Below, piece after piece: positions 48,316 through 60,685 of a stretch of 64,000 nt of DNA; position 1 is the stretch's first letter; each line of letters opens with the position of its first letter. Under the pieces are notes generated by a model. The model was not told the origin of the DNA. It made no database searches and was given only the letters and a program-made list of their open reading frames with translations. The stretch covers positions 166,791-230,790 of the forward strand of contig CAVQZG010000009.1 of NCBI GenBank assembly GCA_963718305.1, in the 5' to 3' direction. A program made the translations under genes and the position numbers. Origin of the DNA: an uncultured Actinomycetes bacterium (GTDB lineage Bacteria > Actinomycetota > Actinomycetes > Streptosporangiales > Streptosporangiaceae).

Positions 48316-49326
48316 ATGAGCTTCCTGCGACCCTCCGCCAGCCTGGCCGCCGCCGGGACCGTGGTGCTGTGGGCCAGCGCCTTCCCCGCCATCTCCGTGG
48401 CCGTTCCGCGGCTGGGCCCGGTCGGGCTGTCGGTGGCCCGGCTCGCGGTCGCGTCCGTGGCGCTGGCGGTCGCCGCCCCGTTCCTGGGGGTACGGCGGCC
48501 GCGCAGCCGCGACCTCCCGCTCATCGCGGCCTGCGGGCTGGCCGGGATGACCGCGTACCAGCTGCTGCTCAATACGGGAGAACGGGTCGTACCGGCGGGG
48601 ACGGCCAGCCTGCTGGTGGCCACGGCACCGGTTTACGCCAGCCTGCTGGCGGCGGGCTTCCTCGGCGAGCGCCTAGGGCGCCGGTGGTGGGCCGGGAGCG
48701 GCATCGCCCTCGCCGGCACGGCCGTCATCGCGGTGTCGCATGGCCTGGGTTTCGGCGCCGCGGCGCTCATCGTGCTGGCCGCCGCCGTCGTCCAGGGGAT
48801 CTTCCACACCGCGCAGAAGCCACTGCTCGCCCGGTACACCGGCTTCGAGGTCACGGTCTACGCCATGTGGGCCGGGACGTTGTTCATCCTGCCCTGGGCC
48901 GGATCGTTGCTGCGGGCCCTGCCCCACGCCGGTGGCCCGGCGCTGGCCTCGGCCGCCTTCCTGGGGGTGGCGCCCTCGGCGCTCGGGTTCGTCCTGTGGG
49001 CGTACGCCCTGTCCCGGATGGACGTGGGCCGGGCCACGCTCAGCCTGTACCTGGTCCCGGCCGCGGCCATCGTCATCTCCCTGGCCTGGCTGGCCCAGAT
49101 CCCCGGCCCGGTCGAGCTGGCTGGCGGTGCCGTGGCTCTGTGCGGTGTCATCCTGGCCAGCAGCACTGGCAAACCGGCCGCCAGCCAACCCGCACCCCCG
49201 CCAGCCCGGCCAGCAGCGGGCCCGGGCCGTGTCCTACTGGGGGATGGTCCGGGCGTAGTCGGCTGGGGGGACGCCAGCGGGTGCGCTACCGATCAGGGAC
49301 TAGCCGGGATTCACGCGCCGGGGTGA
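48316..49326 (+). CDS. DMT-superfamily (EamA) transporter
   Basis: Ten hydrophobic segments and ..VLWASAFPAI.., ..LLNTGERVVPAGTASLL.. EamA repeats. The Pro/Ala-rich tail makes the 3' end uncertain. Confidence 0.8.
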   Translation: MSFLRPSASLAAAGTVVLWASAFPAISVAVPRLGPVGLSVARLAVASVALAVAAPFLGVRRPRSRDLPLIAACGLAGMTAYQLLLNTGERVVPAGTASLLVATAPVYASLLAAGFLGERLGRRWWAGSGIALAGTAVIAVSHGLGFGAAALIVLAAAVVQGIFHTAQKPLLARYTGFEVTVYAMWAGTLFILPWAGSLLRALPHAGGPALASAAFLGVAPSALGFVLWAYALSRMDVGRATLSLYLVPAAAIVISLAWLAQIPGPVELAGGAVALCGVILASSTGKPAASQPAPPPARPAAGPGRVLLGDGPGVVGWGDASGCATDQGLAGIHAPG

Positions 49327-49397
49327 CGACGCGAGCGCCCTTTTCGCGCAGGCTGGTGGTCGTGTTCCCAGCGACCCGACCTGCGGAGGATGACCGC

Positions 49398-50102
49398 ATG
49401 AACGACACCCCGGCCCTGCAGGTGTCCGGGCTGACCAAGAAATTCGGCGCCCGGACGGTGATCGACAACGTGTCCCTCACCATTCCCCGGGGCGGCGCGT
49501 TCGGCCTCGCCGGTCCGGAGGGTGCCGGTAAGACGATCCTGATCCGCATGGTGCTCGGCCTGACCCCGGCCAGCTCCGGATCCGTGCGCGTGCTCGGGAT
49601 CTCTGTCCCGGCGCAGCGGGGCCTGGCCCTCGGGAAGGTGGGTGCCATGGTCGGGGAGCCCCGCTTCCACCGCTACCTCACCGGGCGGGAAAACCTCCGG
49701 GTCTTCGCCGCGGCCCGGGAGCCGGGAGCCGACCGCCGGATCGAGTCGTCGCTGGAGCGGGTGGGCTTGCGTGAGCGGGCCGGTGACCGGGTCGCCACCT
49801 ACCCGGCGGCCCTCCGCCAGCGCCTCGGCGTGGCGGCCTGCCTGCTCGGCGACCCCGAGCTGCTGATCCTGGACGAGCCTGCGCACGGGCTGGACCCGGC
49901 CGGGATACTCCAGTTCCGGCAGCTGGTGCGGAGCTTCACCGACGAGGGCCGGACCGTCGTCCTGTGCACCCGCCGGCTGGATGAAGTCGAGCGGACCTGT
50001 CACGCCGCCGCGGTGCTCGCCCGGGGGCGGATCGTCGCCCAGGGCCCGGTCGGCGAGATCGCCGGTGCGGCCCGGGCTTCGGCCGTGGGACGGGCAGCGT
50101 GA
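49398..50102 (+). CDS. ABC transporter ATP-binding protein
   Basis: ATG 49398 (MNDTPALQVSGLTKKFG..), Walker A GPEGAGKT and Walker B LLILDEP. The track's 638-aa ORF upstream of this ATG overlaps the EamA gene out of frame. Confidence 0.88.
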   Translation: MNDTPALQVSGLTKKFGARTVIDNVSLTIPRGGAFGLAGPEGAGKTILIRMVLGLTPASSGSVRVLGISVPAQRGLALGKVGAMVGEPRFHRYLTGRENLRVFAAAREPGADRRIESSLERVGLRERAGDRVATYPAALRQRLGVAACLLGDPELLILDEPAHGLDPAGILQFRQLVRSFTDEGRTVVLCTRRLDEVERTCHAAAVLARGRIVAQGPVGEIAGAARASAVGRAA

Positions 50103-50653
50103 TTAACACCGCGGGGCGCACCACACATGCGACGCACACCGCCGGCCGTGTGCATGATCCGCAGGCCGCCTGGGCGCTGACCGGAGACGCGTGGCTGCCC
50201 GGCGTCCGTCTCATCCGCGCCGAGTTCCTGAAGCTGACCCGGCGCCGCCCGCTGATGAGCGCGGCCGCCGCCCTGACCGCGGGCGCGGTGATGGCCAGCT
50301 ACCTCGTCCGCGCCGACGTCCTGCCCGGGGCGGGCTACGCCCTCATGGCCATCCTCCTCGGCGTCACGGCCGGGGCGGCTGACGTTGCCGCCGGGGTGTT
50401 CCGCGGCCTGGTCACCACCGGCCGCTCGCCGGTCGCGCTCTTCCTGGCCCGCATCCCGGCCGGCCTCGCCCTGAGCGCCGGGTTCACGCTGGCCGGCTAC
50501 CTGGTGGCCGTGGCGGGCTCGGCCCTGCTGGCCGGGCCCCCGCCCGCCGCGCCCGGCGGGCTGCTCGGGATCGCCTGCGCGGCGTTCCTGCTCGGGCTGG
50601 GCCTCGGCTCGCTCGGCGCCAGGATCTGGCGGACGGTCAGCCGGGACGCCTAA
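50099..50653 (+). CDS. small ABC-2-like membrane protein
   Basis: GTGA-type overlap with the ATPase stop; 184 aa with about four hydrophobic segments (..LIRAEFLKLTRRRPL..). Shorter than typical permeases. Confidence 0.55.
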   Translation: MINTAGRTTHATHTAGRVHDPQAAWALTGDAWLPGVRLIRAEFLKLTRRRPLMSAAAALTAGAVMASYLVRADVLPGAGYALMAILLGVTAGAADVAAGVFRGLVTTGRSPVALFLARIPAGLALSAGFTLAGYLVAVAGSALLAGPPPAAPGGLLGIACAAFLLGLGLGSLGARIWRTVSRDA

Positions 50654-52095
50654 CGCCCGGTGCCGTCCGCCACTGGGGAGTGGCCAGGGATCTGGCCTGG
50701 CGCTGCTGCGCGAAATACGCGCTCGACCGCCGGTCCCACAAGAACACGATCACGGTCAGGCCGACACCCCATTCGGCCGCGCCGATGATCCAGACGGGCC
50801 CGGTCACGAGCCCGTGGGCGAAGGTCTTGGCTACGGTCAGGCAGTCAAGACCGAAGAAGATCATGGACATGACCCGCACTCCGGGCCGGCCGACGCCTCG
50901 TCCTCCTGGCCATGGCGAGCCAGACGCCGATGCTGATCAGCGCGCCGACGATGGTGATCGTCAGCGTGCCGGTGATCACCGCGCCGAGCGCCCCCTGAGT
51001 CAGGAGCGGGTGCTGCTTCCTGATCGCCGCCTTGAGCGCAGGGGTGGTGGCGATGGTGGTCACGATGCTCACCGCGGCGAGCGCCGCGCCCACGTACATC
51101 AGCTTGACCGCGTTGATCATGGACTGCGGTGGGATCAGCCTGTGCGCCGGGGCCACGACATCGGTCGGGGCGGGCGCGGTGGGTTGCGGCCCGGCCGCCA
51201 TCCTCCAGGCCGGCGCCGGAGGCTGGGGCATCGCGGTCGTGGCCAGGGCCGGTGACGGCGGGGCCCAGCCGGGATCGGCCGTCCCGGCGGTGCGGGCCAG
51301 GCAGAACTCGAGGATCTCGCCGGGCGCGGGCCGGGCACCGGCTTCTTTCCGGAGGCAGCGCTCGATCAGGGCCCGGAGCTGGGGCGGGCAGCCGTCCAGG
51401 CCGGGCGGCTCATGCAGCACCCGGTAGGAGACGGCGGCGCTGTGACCCTCACCGAACGGGGGGCGGCCACGGACCGCGTAGGCCGCCAGCGAGCCGAGCG
51501 CGAACACGTCGATCGCCGGGGTCACGGGCTGGTCCAGGATCTGCTCGGGCGCCATGAACTGCGGCGAGCCCACCATCATGCCGCTGCGGGTCAGCGCCGT
51601 CGCCTCCAGCGCCCGGGCGATCCCGAAGTCGATCACCCGCGGGCCATCCGGCGCGAGCAGCACGTTGGACGGCTTGAGGTCACGGTGCACGACACCGGCG
51701 GCGTGGATGGCCTGGAGCGCCTCGGCCACGCCGGCGATCAGCCGGAAGACCATCGCCTCGGGCATCGGCCCGTTCTCCGCTACCGCCTGCTGCAGCGACG
51801 GCCCCGGCACGTACGCCGTCACCAGCCACGGCGGCGTGGCGGTGGCATCGGCGTCGAGCAACTGCGCGGTGTACAGCCCGTGGACCCGCCGGGCGGCCTG
51901 GATCTCGTGCCGGAAGCGGGCCCGGAAATCCTGGTCGTCGCTGAGTTCCGGCCGCACCACCTTGAGCGCCACCGACCGGCCGGCGGGCGTGGACGCCAGG
52001 TAGACCCGGCCCATCCCCCCGGCGCCGAGCCGGGCCCGCAGCCGGTAGCCCCCGATCTCGGCGGGATCATCGCTGGCCAATGGCTGCACAAGCAC
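50637..52095 (-). pseudogene. Ser/Thr protein kinase with C-terminal multi-TM module, frame-shifted near 50900
   Basis: Kinase motifs GAGGMGRVYLA, ALKVV, HRDLKPSNVLL, DFGIA. After ..ISIGVWLAMARR the frame yields an Arg-rich tail and a stop at 50845. The hydrophobic continuation (RGVGRPGVRV)MSMIFFGLDCLTVAKTF..WIIGAAEWGVGLTVIVFLWDRRSSAYF runs in another frame to 50637. Confidence 0.75.
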
Positions 52096-52160
52096 CGAAT
52101 CTAACGCCTTTCACCCCAGGGCCACCCGGGAATTCTGCATCGCCCCGGGCGAGGAGCCGG

Positions 52161-54254
52161 TCAGCCGGCCCGGCTCCCTTCGAGGGTGCGGCCGCCCCGG
52201 TTACCGGACCGGTGCCCGCGCGCTATCCCGCGGCCGAACACGAACGTCTCGAACGGTGTCGTGGGCAGCGTCGTGGTCCCGTCGTGTGCCGAGCCGGCCT
52301 CGTTGCTCACGGCCGGGATGGCGAAGTACTTCATGGTGATGGTCGTGTCGCCGGGCCGCACGCCCGGATCCACGTCGAACACGGCGTAGCCGTAGGCATC
52401 ACCGGCGTTGGTGGCGGCCGACCAGGGGGCGTCCTCGATCGAGTCGGCGGCGTTGCGCTTGAAGCCGGCGGCCTGCGACCCGGTGATGGCGTTGCGCTCG
52501 GAGATGACCTTGGCCTGGGGCAGGCCGTCGGCCGCATCGGTCCCGTAGACGTTGGAGGGGCCGTTGGTGCCGCCCCCGCCCAGCACCAGGAAGACGGTGC
52601 CCTGGGAGGTGTCCCACGCCGGGACGCCGTAATAAGAGACGGTTTCCGTGGTGGCGACGGAGGGCCGCCGGGTGTCGATCGTCTCGCCGGCGGTCTGGTC
52701 CGGGTTGGGCGAGACCACCGTGCCGTGCGCGCCGCGGTCGTAGCCGCGGACGGGATAGGTGCGCTCGTAGTCGTGCTCATGCCCGGAGAGGACCAGGTCG
52801 ACCTGGTAGCGGTCGAACAGCGGCAGCCAGGCCCGGCGGATGCCGAGGTCGGACCCGTTGCCCGGGACGGAGGTGGACATCGCGCACTGGTGCATGAACA
52901 CCACGATCATGTCCACGCCCCGGTCCCGGCGGGCCTGCGCCAGCGTCCGCTCCAGCCACAGCGTCTGCAGGTTGGGGGTCCCGTTCGCGGGGTCCGGCAC
53001 CGCCGAGTTGCTGGCCGGGACGATCTTCAGGTCGCCGGTGTAGCCGTGGTTGTAGGTCACCGTTCCGTTGGGGATCGCGGCCCCCGACGTGGTGGTCTCA
53101 GGCACGGCATTGGGCACCGCGTTCAGGTAGGCGGAGCCGCCGTCCTGGTAGATGACGTCGTCGGCGTCCAGCGAGATGAACTTCACGGTGCCGACCTGGA
53201 AGCTGTAGAAGTTGCCCCGCAGGTGGTTGCCGTCCCAATTGGTCACGCCATTGTCCGGCAGCAGGAAACGGCTCAGGTAATGGCCGTAGCCGTAGGGGCC
53301 GTTCCAGTAGTTCCCCGCCGCTCCCTGGGCCGCGATCCCGCCCGGTGCGTTCCCCGGCCGCCCGGCGTGGTCGCACACGCCGAACTCGGTTTCGTGGTTG
53401 CCCAGCGCTGGCATCCACGGCCGGTTGGCCGCCGACCGCGCGATGTTGACGCCGAAGTCCCGCCACACGCCGGGGGCATTCAGGATGTCCAGGTTGGCGT
53501 AGCACAGGTCACCGTTGAGGAGGTGGAACAGCGGCGCGCCCCGGCCGTCCCCCGGGCTCTCGATCGCGCTCACCGCGTAGTAGGAGTTGTCGCACGACTC
53601 GTGCCAGATGTTGCCGGAGGCGTTGAGGTCCCAGGACGGGGTCGCGAGGTCGCCGTAGCTGGAGAACCGGAACCGCGCCCGCCCGGCCGGCGCGGTCTCG
53701 AACGAGGCGCCCGCCACCGACGGCGTGGCCGCCCCGTCGCTGACCTGGTAGTAGTACCGGGTGCCAGGCCGCAGGCCGGTCAGCTGCACGTGGTAGAAGT
53801 ACGTCGTCTGCCCGTTGAGCCCATCGGTGAAGCTGACCGAGGCCGCCGGGCCGTAGCGCCGCGTCATATCCAGTGGCGCCGGCGGGGGCAGCTTCACGAC
53901 CCGGCCGGGGTGGCCTGCCGTGATGGGTGAGGTCGAGTAGGCCAGCGCCGGCGCGGGCTGGGCCACCGTGCCCGGCGCCGACCAGGACACCGTGACCGAC
54001 GTGGCCGGATCCGCGCCCCAGGTCAACAGGAGCTGCTCGGGTGCGGTCGTGGTGGGCAGCGGCAGCGTCGTGGTGGGAGGCCCCGACGGCGCGGTGGCCG
54101 CGAACGCGTCCTGGTGCCACAGCGGGCCTTCGGTGGCCCGGGCCAGCCCGACCACTGCGCCGAAGCCGACCACCCCGGTGAGGAAGCCCCGCCGGGTGAG
54201 CCAGGCTCGGCCAGCCGCTGGAGGACCTGATTCGTTACTTCGCGATTCGCCCAT
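52161..54254 (-). CDS. secreted purple acid phosphatase-family metallophosphoesterase
   Basis: Twin-arginine signal ..LTRRGFLTGVVGFGAVVGLARA and an FN3-like N-domain. Metallophosphoesterase motifs GDLCYAN, GNHE, LSGHEHDYERT. Confidence 0.9.
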   Translation of the reverse strand: MGESRSNESGPPAAGRAWLTRRGFLTGVVGFGAVVGLARATEGPLWHQDAFAATAPSGPPTTTLPLPTTTAPEQLLLTWGADPATSVTVSWSAPGTVAQPAPALAYSTSPITAGHPGRVVKLPPPAPLDMTRRYGPAASVSFTDGLNGQTTYFYHVQLTGLRPGTRYYYQVSDGAATPSVAGASFETAPAGRARFRFSSYGDLATPSWDLNASGNIWHESCDNSYYAVSAIESPGDGRGAPLFHLLNGDLCYANLDILNAPGVWRDFGVNIARSAANRPWMPALGNHETEFGVCDHAGRPGNAPGGIAAQGAAGNYWNGPYGYGHYLSRFLLPDNGVTNWDGNHLRGNFYSFQVGTVKFISLDADDVIYQDGGSAYLNAVPNAVPETTTSGAAIPNGTVTYNHGYTGDLKIVPASNSAVPDPANGTPNLQTLWLERTLAQARRDRGVDMIVVFMHQCAMSTSVPGNGSDLGIRRAWLPLFDRYQVDLVLSGHEHDYERTYPVRGYDRGAHGTVVSPNPDQTAGETIDTRRPSVATTETVSYYGVPAWDTSQGTVFLVLGGGGTNGPSNVYGTDAADGLPQAKVISERNAITGSQAAGFKRNAADSIEDAPWSAATNAGDAYGYAVFDVDPGVRPGDTTITMKYFAIPAVSNEAGSAHDGTTTLPTTPFETFVFGRGIARGHRSGNRGGRTLEGSRAG

Positions 54255-54322
54255 GGCCGGGACCGTAGAAAAGGCAAGTTAACGCCTTGTGGCCGCCGGA
54301 CGGCCATTCTCCCGCCAGGGCG

Positions 54323-58093
<3,771 letters not shown>

Positions 58094-58101
58094 ATCCGTG
58101 T

Positions 58102-58231
58102 GGCACCTCCTGTAATAGGAGGCGCCCTTGATGCACAGCCCAGTTCTGCACAGTCCGGTCCGGTAAGGGCCAGTTCTGCATGGGCCAGGTCGAGCGTGGC
58201 GGGCCGGAACCCGTTGCAGCGCCTCTCGACC
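58102..58231 (-). promoter_or_regulatory. candidate SAH (S-adenosylhomocysteine) riboswitch with SD-sequestering expression platform in the metH leader
   Basis: On the minus strand, P1 is GGUCGAG (58231-58225) / CUCGACC (58194-58188), enclosing AGGCGCUGCAAC and a small hairpin GGG-UUCCGG-CCC. This resembles the SAH element core GAGGAGCGCUGCRAC. Downstream GCGCCU (58125-58120) can pair either with AGGCGC (58224-58219) as a pseudoknot, or, as GGCGCCUCCU (58126-58117), with the SD strand AGGAGGUGCC (58111-58102). Confidence 0.55.
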
Positions 58232-58294
58232 TCGCTTTCACCTTACCGAGCCACGCCAAGCCCCGGTTACGTGATCCCCCATCAGGCGGCTGGC

Positions 58295-58425
58295 TCACTC
58301 CGGGTATTGGGCGGGGGTGGTGATATGGGTGCGGTTTCCTGGGATGGTCCAGGTCAGGGTGCCGGGGGCTGGGGTGGTGAGGGTCCAGCCCGGGGTTTGC
58401 TGCGCTGGTGGTCATGCAGGCAGGC
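58295..58425 (-). pseudogene. C-terminal remnant of a DUF222/HNH-type endonuclease gene
   Basis: The minus strand reads ACLHDHQRSK, then after a shift in a C4 run PGWTLTTPAPGTLTWTIPGNRTHITTPAQYPE and a stop at 58297-58295. There is no upstream N-terminal part. Confidence 0.55.
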
Positions 58426-58429
58426 GGGT

Positions 58430-58562
58430 CTCTGCAGGCACCACCATCGGTGCAAGCAGGCCGAGGGCTGGCGGCTGGACCAGCCCGAACCAGGCGTTCT
58501 GGTCGGGCGCACCCCCCTCCGGGCGCACCTATACCACCACCCCTGCCGAATACCCCGTCTAA
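58430..58562 (+). pseudogene. C-terminal remnant of a DUF222/HNH-type endonuclease gene, opposite orientation
   Basis: The plus strand reads LCRHHHRCKQAEGWRLDQPEPGVLV.RTP, then after a shift in the C6 run 58512-58517 SGRTYTTTPAEYPV and a stop at 58560-58562. It starts at the same motif position as the minus-strand remnant, 4 nt away. Confidence 0.55.
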
Positions 58563-58659
58563 GCCACAGCCGCGCGGTCGATCGTGGCGTGGCTGCAAGA
58601 TGGGTCCGGGCGAGCAGCCGCGCTACGCTTACCTGCACCGTGCTAGGGGGGTGCAGGTG

Positions 58660-59343
58660 ATGGCAGGACCGCAGGACCCGGGAGCGGCGAGCCGTGACCA
58701 GCTCCGGGTGGGCCACGCCGACCGCGAGCAGGTGATCGAGGCGCTGAAGGCCGCCTTCGTGCATGGACGGCTGACCAAGGCTGAACTCGACACGCGGGCG
58801 GGCCAGGCGCTCGCCGCGCGGACCTACGCCGACCTGGCCACGCTCACCGCCGACATCCCAGGCGAGCCGGCCGCAGCCCGGCCGGCCCGTCCGCCCGCAC
58901 CGGCCCGCCGCCGGCCGCTGGTCAGGGCGGCTGCCGGGTCGGGCGGCTGCCTGGTCATCGCCTTCGCCGCCATGCAGGTCGCCGCGCGCGCCGATCCGGG
59001 CAACACCCCTGGCACCCTCCCCGGGTCCTTGGCGTTCCCGAGCTTCCTGGTGGCCAATGCCGCCGTATTCGCGGCGGTGCTCATCGTGATCTACGGGGTG
59101 GTAATCGCAGTGGGGCAACGACGCTCCCGCAGGCAACTGCCGCCCCGGCCGGGGGCGGGTGGCCGCGCCCTTGAAGGGGAACGGCGCGGCGACACCGGCG
59201 ATGGCCCAGTTCCCCCTAGTCACCGCACCGGCCAGGCCCGCGCCGACGTGCGGTCTGACAGCTCACGGCCGCGTCGGCCGCATTCCTCCGGGCGGGATGC
59301 CCGGACGCCGCGCGGCATGCGGCCGGTACCGGGCGCCGGGTAA
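58660..59343 (+). CDS. DUF1707 domain-containing membrane protein
   Basis: ATG 58660 and ..LRVGHADREQVIEALKAAFVHGRLTKAELDTRAGQALAARTYADLATLTADIP.. (DUF1707/SHOCT-like), followed by two hydrophobic segments and an Arg/Pro-rich tail. Confidence 0.8.
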   Translation: MAGPQDPGAASRDQLRVGHADREQVIEALKAAFVHGRLTKAELDTRAGQALAARTYADLATLTADIPGEPAAARPARPPAPARRRPLVRAAAGSGGCLVIAFAAMQVAARADPGNTPGTLPGSLAFPSFLVANAAVFAAVLIVIYGVVIAVGQRRSRRQLPPRPGAGGRALEGERRGDTGDGPVPPSHRTGQARADVRSDSSRPRRPHSSGRDARTPRGMRPVPGAG

Positions 59344-59842
59344 CGGGCCACGCTCGCCGGTCAGCCTCGTTCGACTTTACGTGTGTCGTTTTGGCAATCT
59401 GGCGGGAGTGTAGGTGCATTTGCAGGTGGGACCCTCGATCTCAGTGTGTACGTGAACGATCAGCCGGCAGAACAAGCGCGAATAGCCGCCTACCCCTGGC
59501 TTGGGCGTCCGCAGGCGTCAACTGCGGACGGGCCTCAGTCACGATCTGACTGCTGCCTGTCTCCTCGAGCATCGGCAAAGACGGGGGTTGCGGAGAACCT
59601 TCCGCCTGGCGCTGCGGAAGGAGCCCGCCGGCGTCTGTCCGGTGTCCCGTGCAGGGCATCCATGGGGGAATCTTCACCGGGCGGGTCTTACGGGACGGCC
59701 TCTCGCAGGCGTCCCCTCCGACCTGAGGTGTTCCCGTATGAGGTTTCGCTATCGGACGGCGTGCACCGGTGGTACTAGATGTGCGAAGCCAGCTGGAGGT
59801 TCCGGGGGCCAGCCGTCGCCATCGTGATCCGTGCCCTTGACG

Positions 59843-60508
59843 TCAGATGAAGTACAGCAAGCAGCTCACGAGCAGTGGGAACAGTGCTGCCGGCCCGTCA
59901 TATTGTCCGGTGACCGATGAAAGTGTTGCGTCGATGCTGATCGTGTGTCCGCCGATGACCCCGTTGATGTGAGCCTCGCTCAGATCGGTCGCGACGGTGA
60001 CGAACAAGGTGATTACGGCCCCGTCGAAGTCTCCGTCGATGCTCATGACTGCCGGCCCGTAAGCGGGCGCTTCCACCGGCGCGACATGCGCTCGAAGTTC
60101 TTGCTCGCCGACAGCGCCAGAAACGTCGGCGTGGCGCACGGCGTAATGAGGCGTCAGATGGACGTCGCTTCGCAGATGGACCGGCCTGCCGTCGTACTCT
60201 CCGAGGAACAGCCCGACCGGGTCAAGGTTGTTGAAGTTGGATTCGATCCGCCAGTAGCCCCCGACCGGCGCGCCGAGGCTCTCGCCGCGGATGCCAGCAC
60301 GACTGTTCGGGATATCGAGCACGAGCTCGACCCGCTGCTCGCCAACCGTTCCGACAAGGTGTTCGTCGGCGCGGACCAGCTCGACGTTGACCACGAACGA
60401 ACTGTAGCCACCCGAGGCCGCAAACGACCGCTGATCTTCCAGAGGCGAGGAGGTCACATGTGCGGGCACGACCTGCCGACGTGCTGATGGTCCATCTGGC
60501 GGCTGCAT
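59843..60508 (-). CDS. orphan hypothetical protein with triplicated internal motif and hydrophobic C-terminus
   Basis: 221-aa ORF in a visibly lower-GC stretch. The motif recurs three times: ADEHLVGTVGEQRVELVLD / HADVSGAVGEQELRAHVAP / SEAHINGVIGGHTISIDAT. It ends ..ALFPLLVSCLLYFI. No family recognised. Confidence 0.5.
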   Translation of the reverse strand: MQPPDGPSARRQVVPAHVTSSPLEDQRSFAASGGYSSFVVNVELVRADEHLVGTVGEQRVELVLDIPNSRAGIRGESLGAPVGGYWRIESNFNNLDPVGLFLGEYDGRPVHLRSDVHLTPHYAVRHADVSGAVGEQELRAHVAPVEAPAYGPAVMSIDGDFDGAVITLFVTVATDLSEAHINGVIGGHTISIDATLSSVTGQYDGPAALFPLLVSCLLYFI

Positions 60509-60685
60509 CGTGTGTGGTTATGACTTGCTGGCGGGAGCGTGGCGCCACTCACAGCCTGCAGGGAGCTGAGGTACAACGCCGAAAGCGTGGCCTGCATGGT
60601 TACTGAAGTCGGGCTCATGGCACGTCTGGGCCGACGGCCGGCAGGCGATGCCGCCTGACTATCGGCTGTGGTCCCTGACCTGCCC

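Noticed and set aside
48186-50102. 638-aa ORF apparently fusing the EamA region to the ABC ATPase
   Set aside because: Only the last 235 codons (from ATG 49398) look like an ABC ATPase. The upstream part is an out-of-frame read-through of the EamA gene with Arg/Gly-rich noise.
58094-58300. Cobalamin (RF00174) or SAM-type riboswitch upstream of metH
   Set aside because: No B12-box-like GCCACUG/AGYCMGG element and no SAM-I/SAM-IV core could be matched by eye. The conserved GCGCUGCAAC core and pseudoknot fit the SAH class better.
59441-59677. 78-aa minus-strand ORF (and the overlapping plus-strand ORFs 59383-59778 and 59501-59827) in the non-coding gap
   Set aside because: They mutually overlap and I saw no RBS, no recognisable motif and no compositional coding signal. 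They are kept only as part of the unexplained-gap finding.
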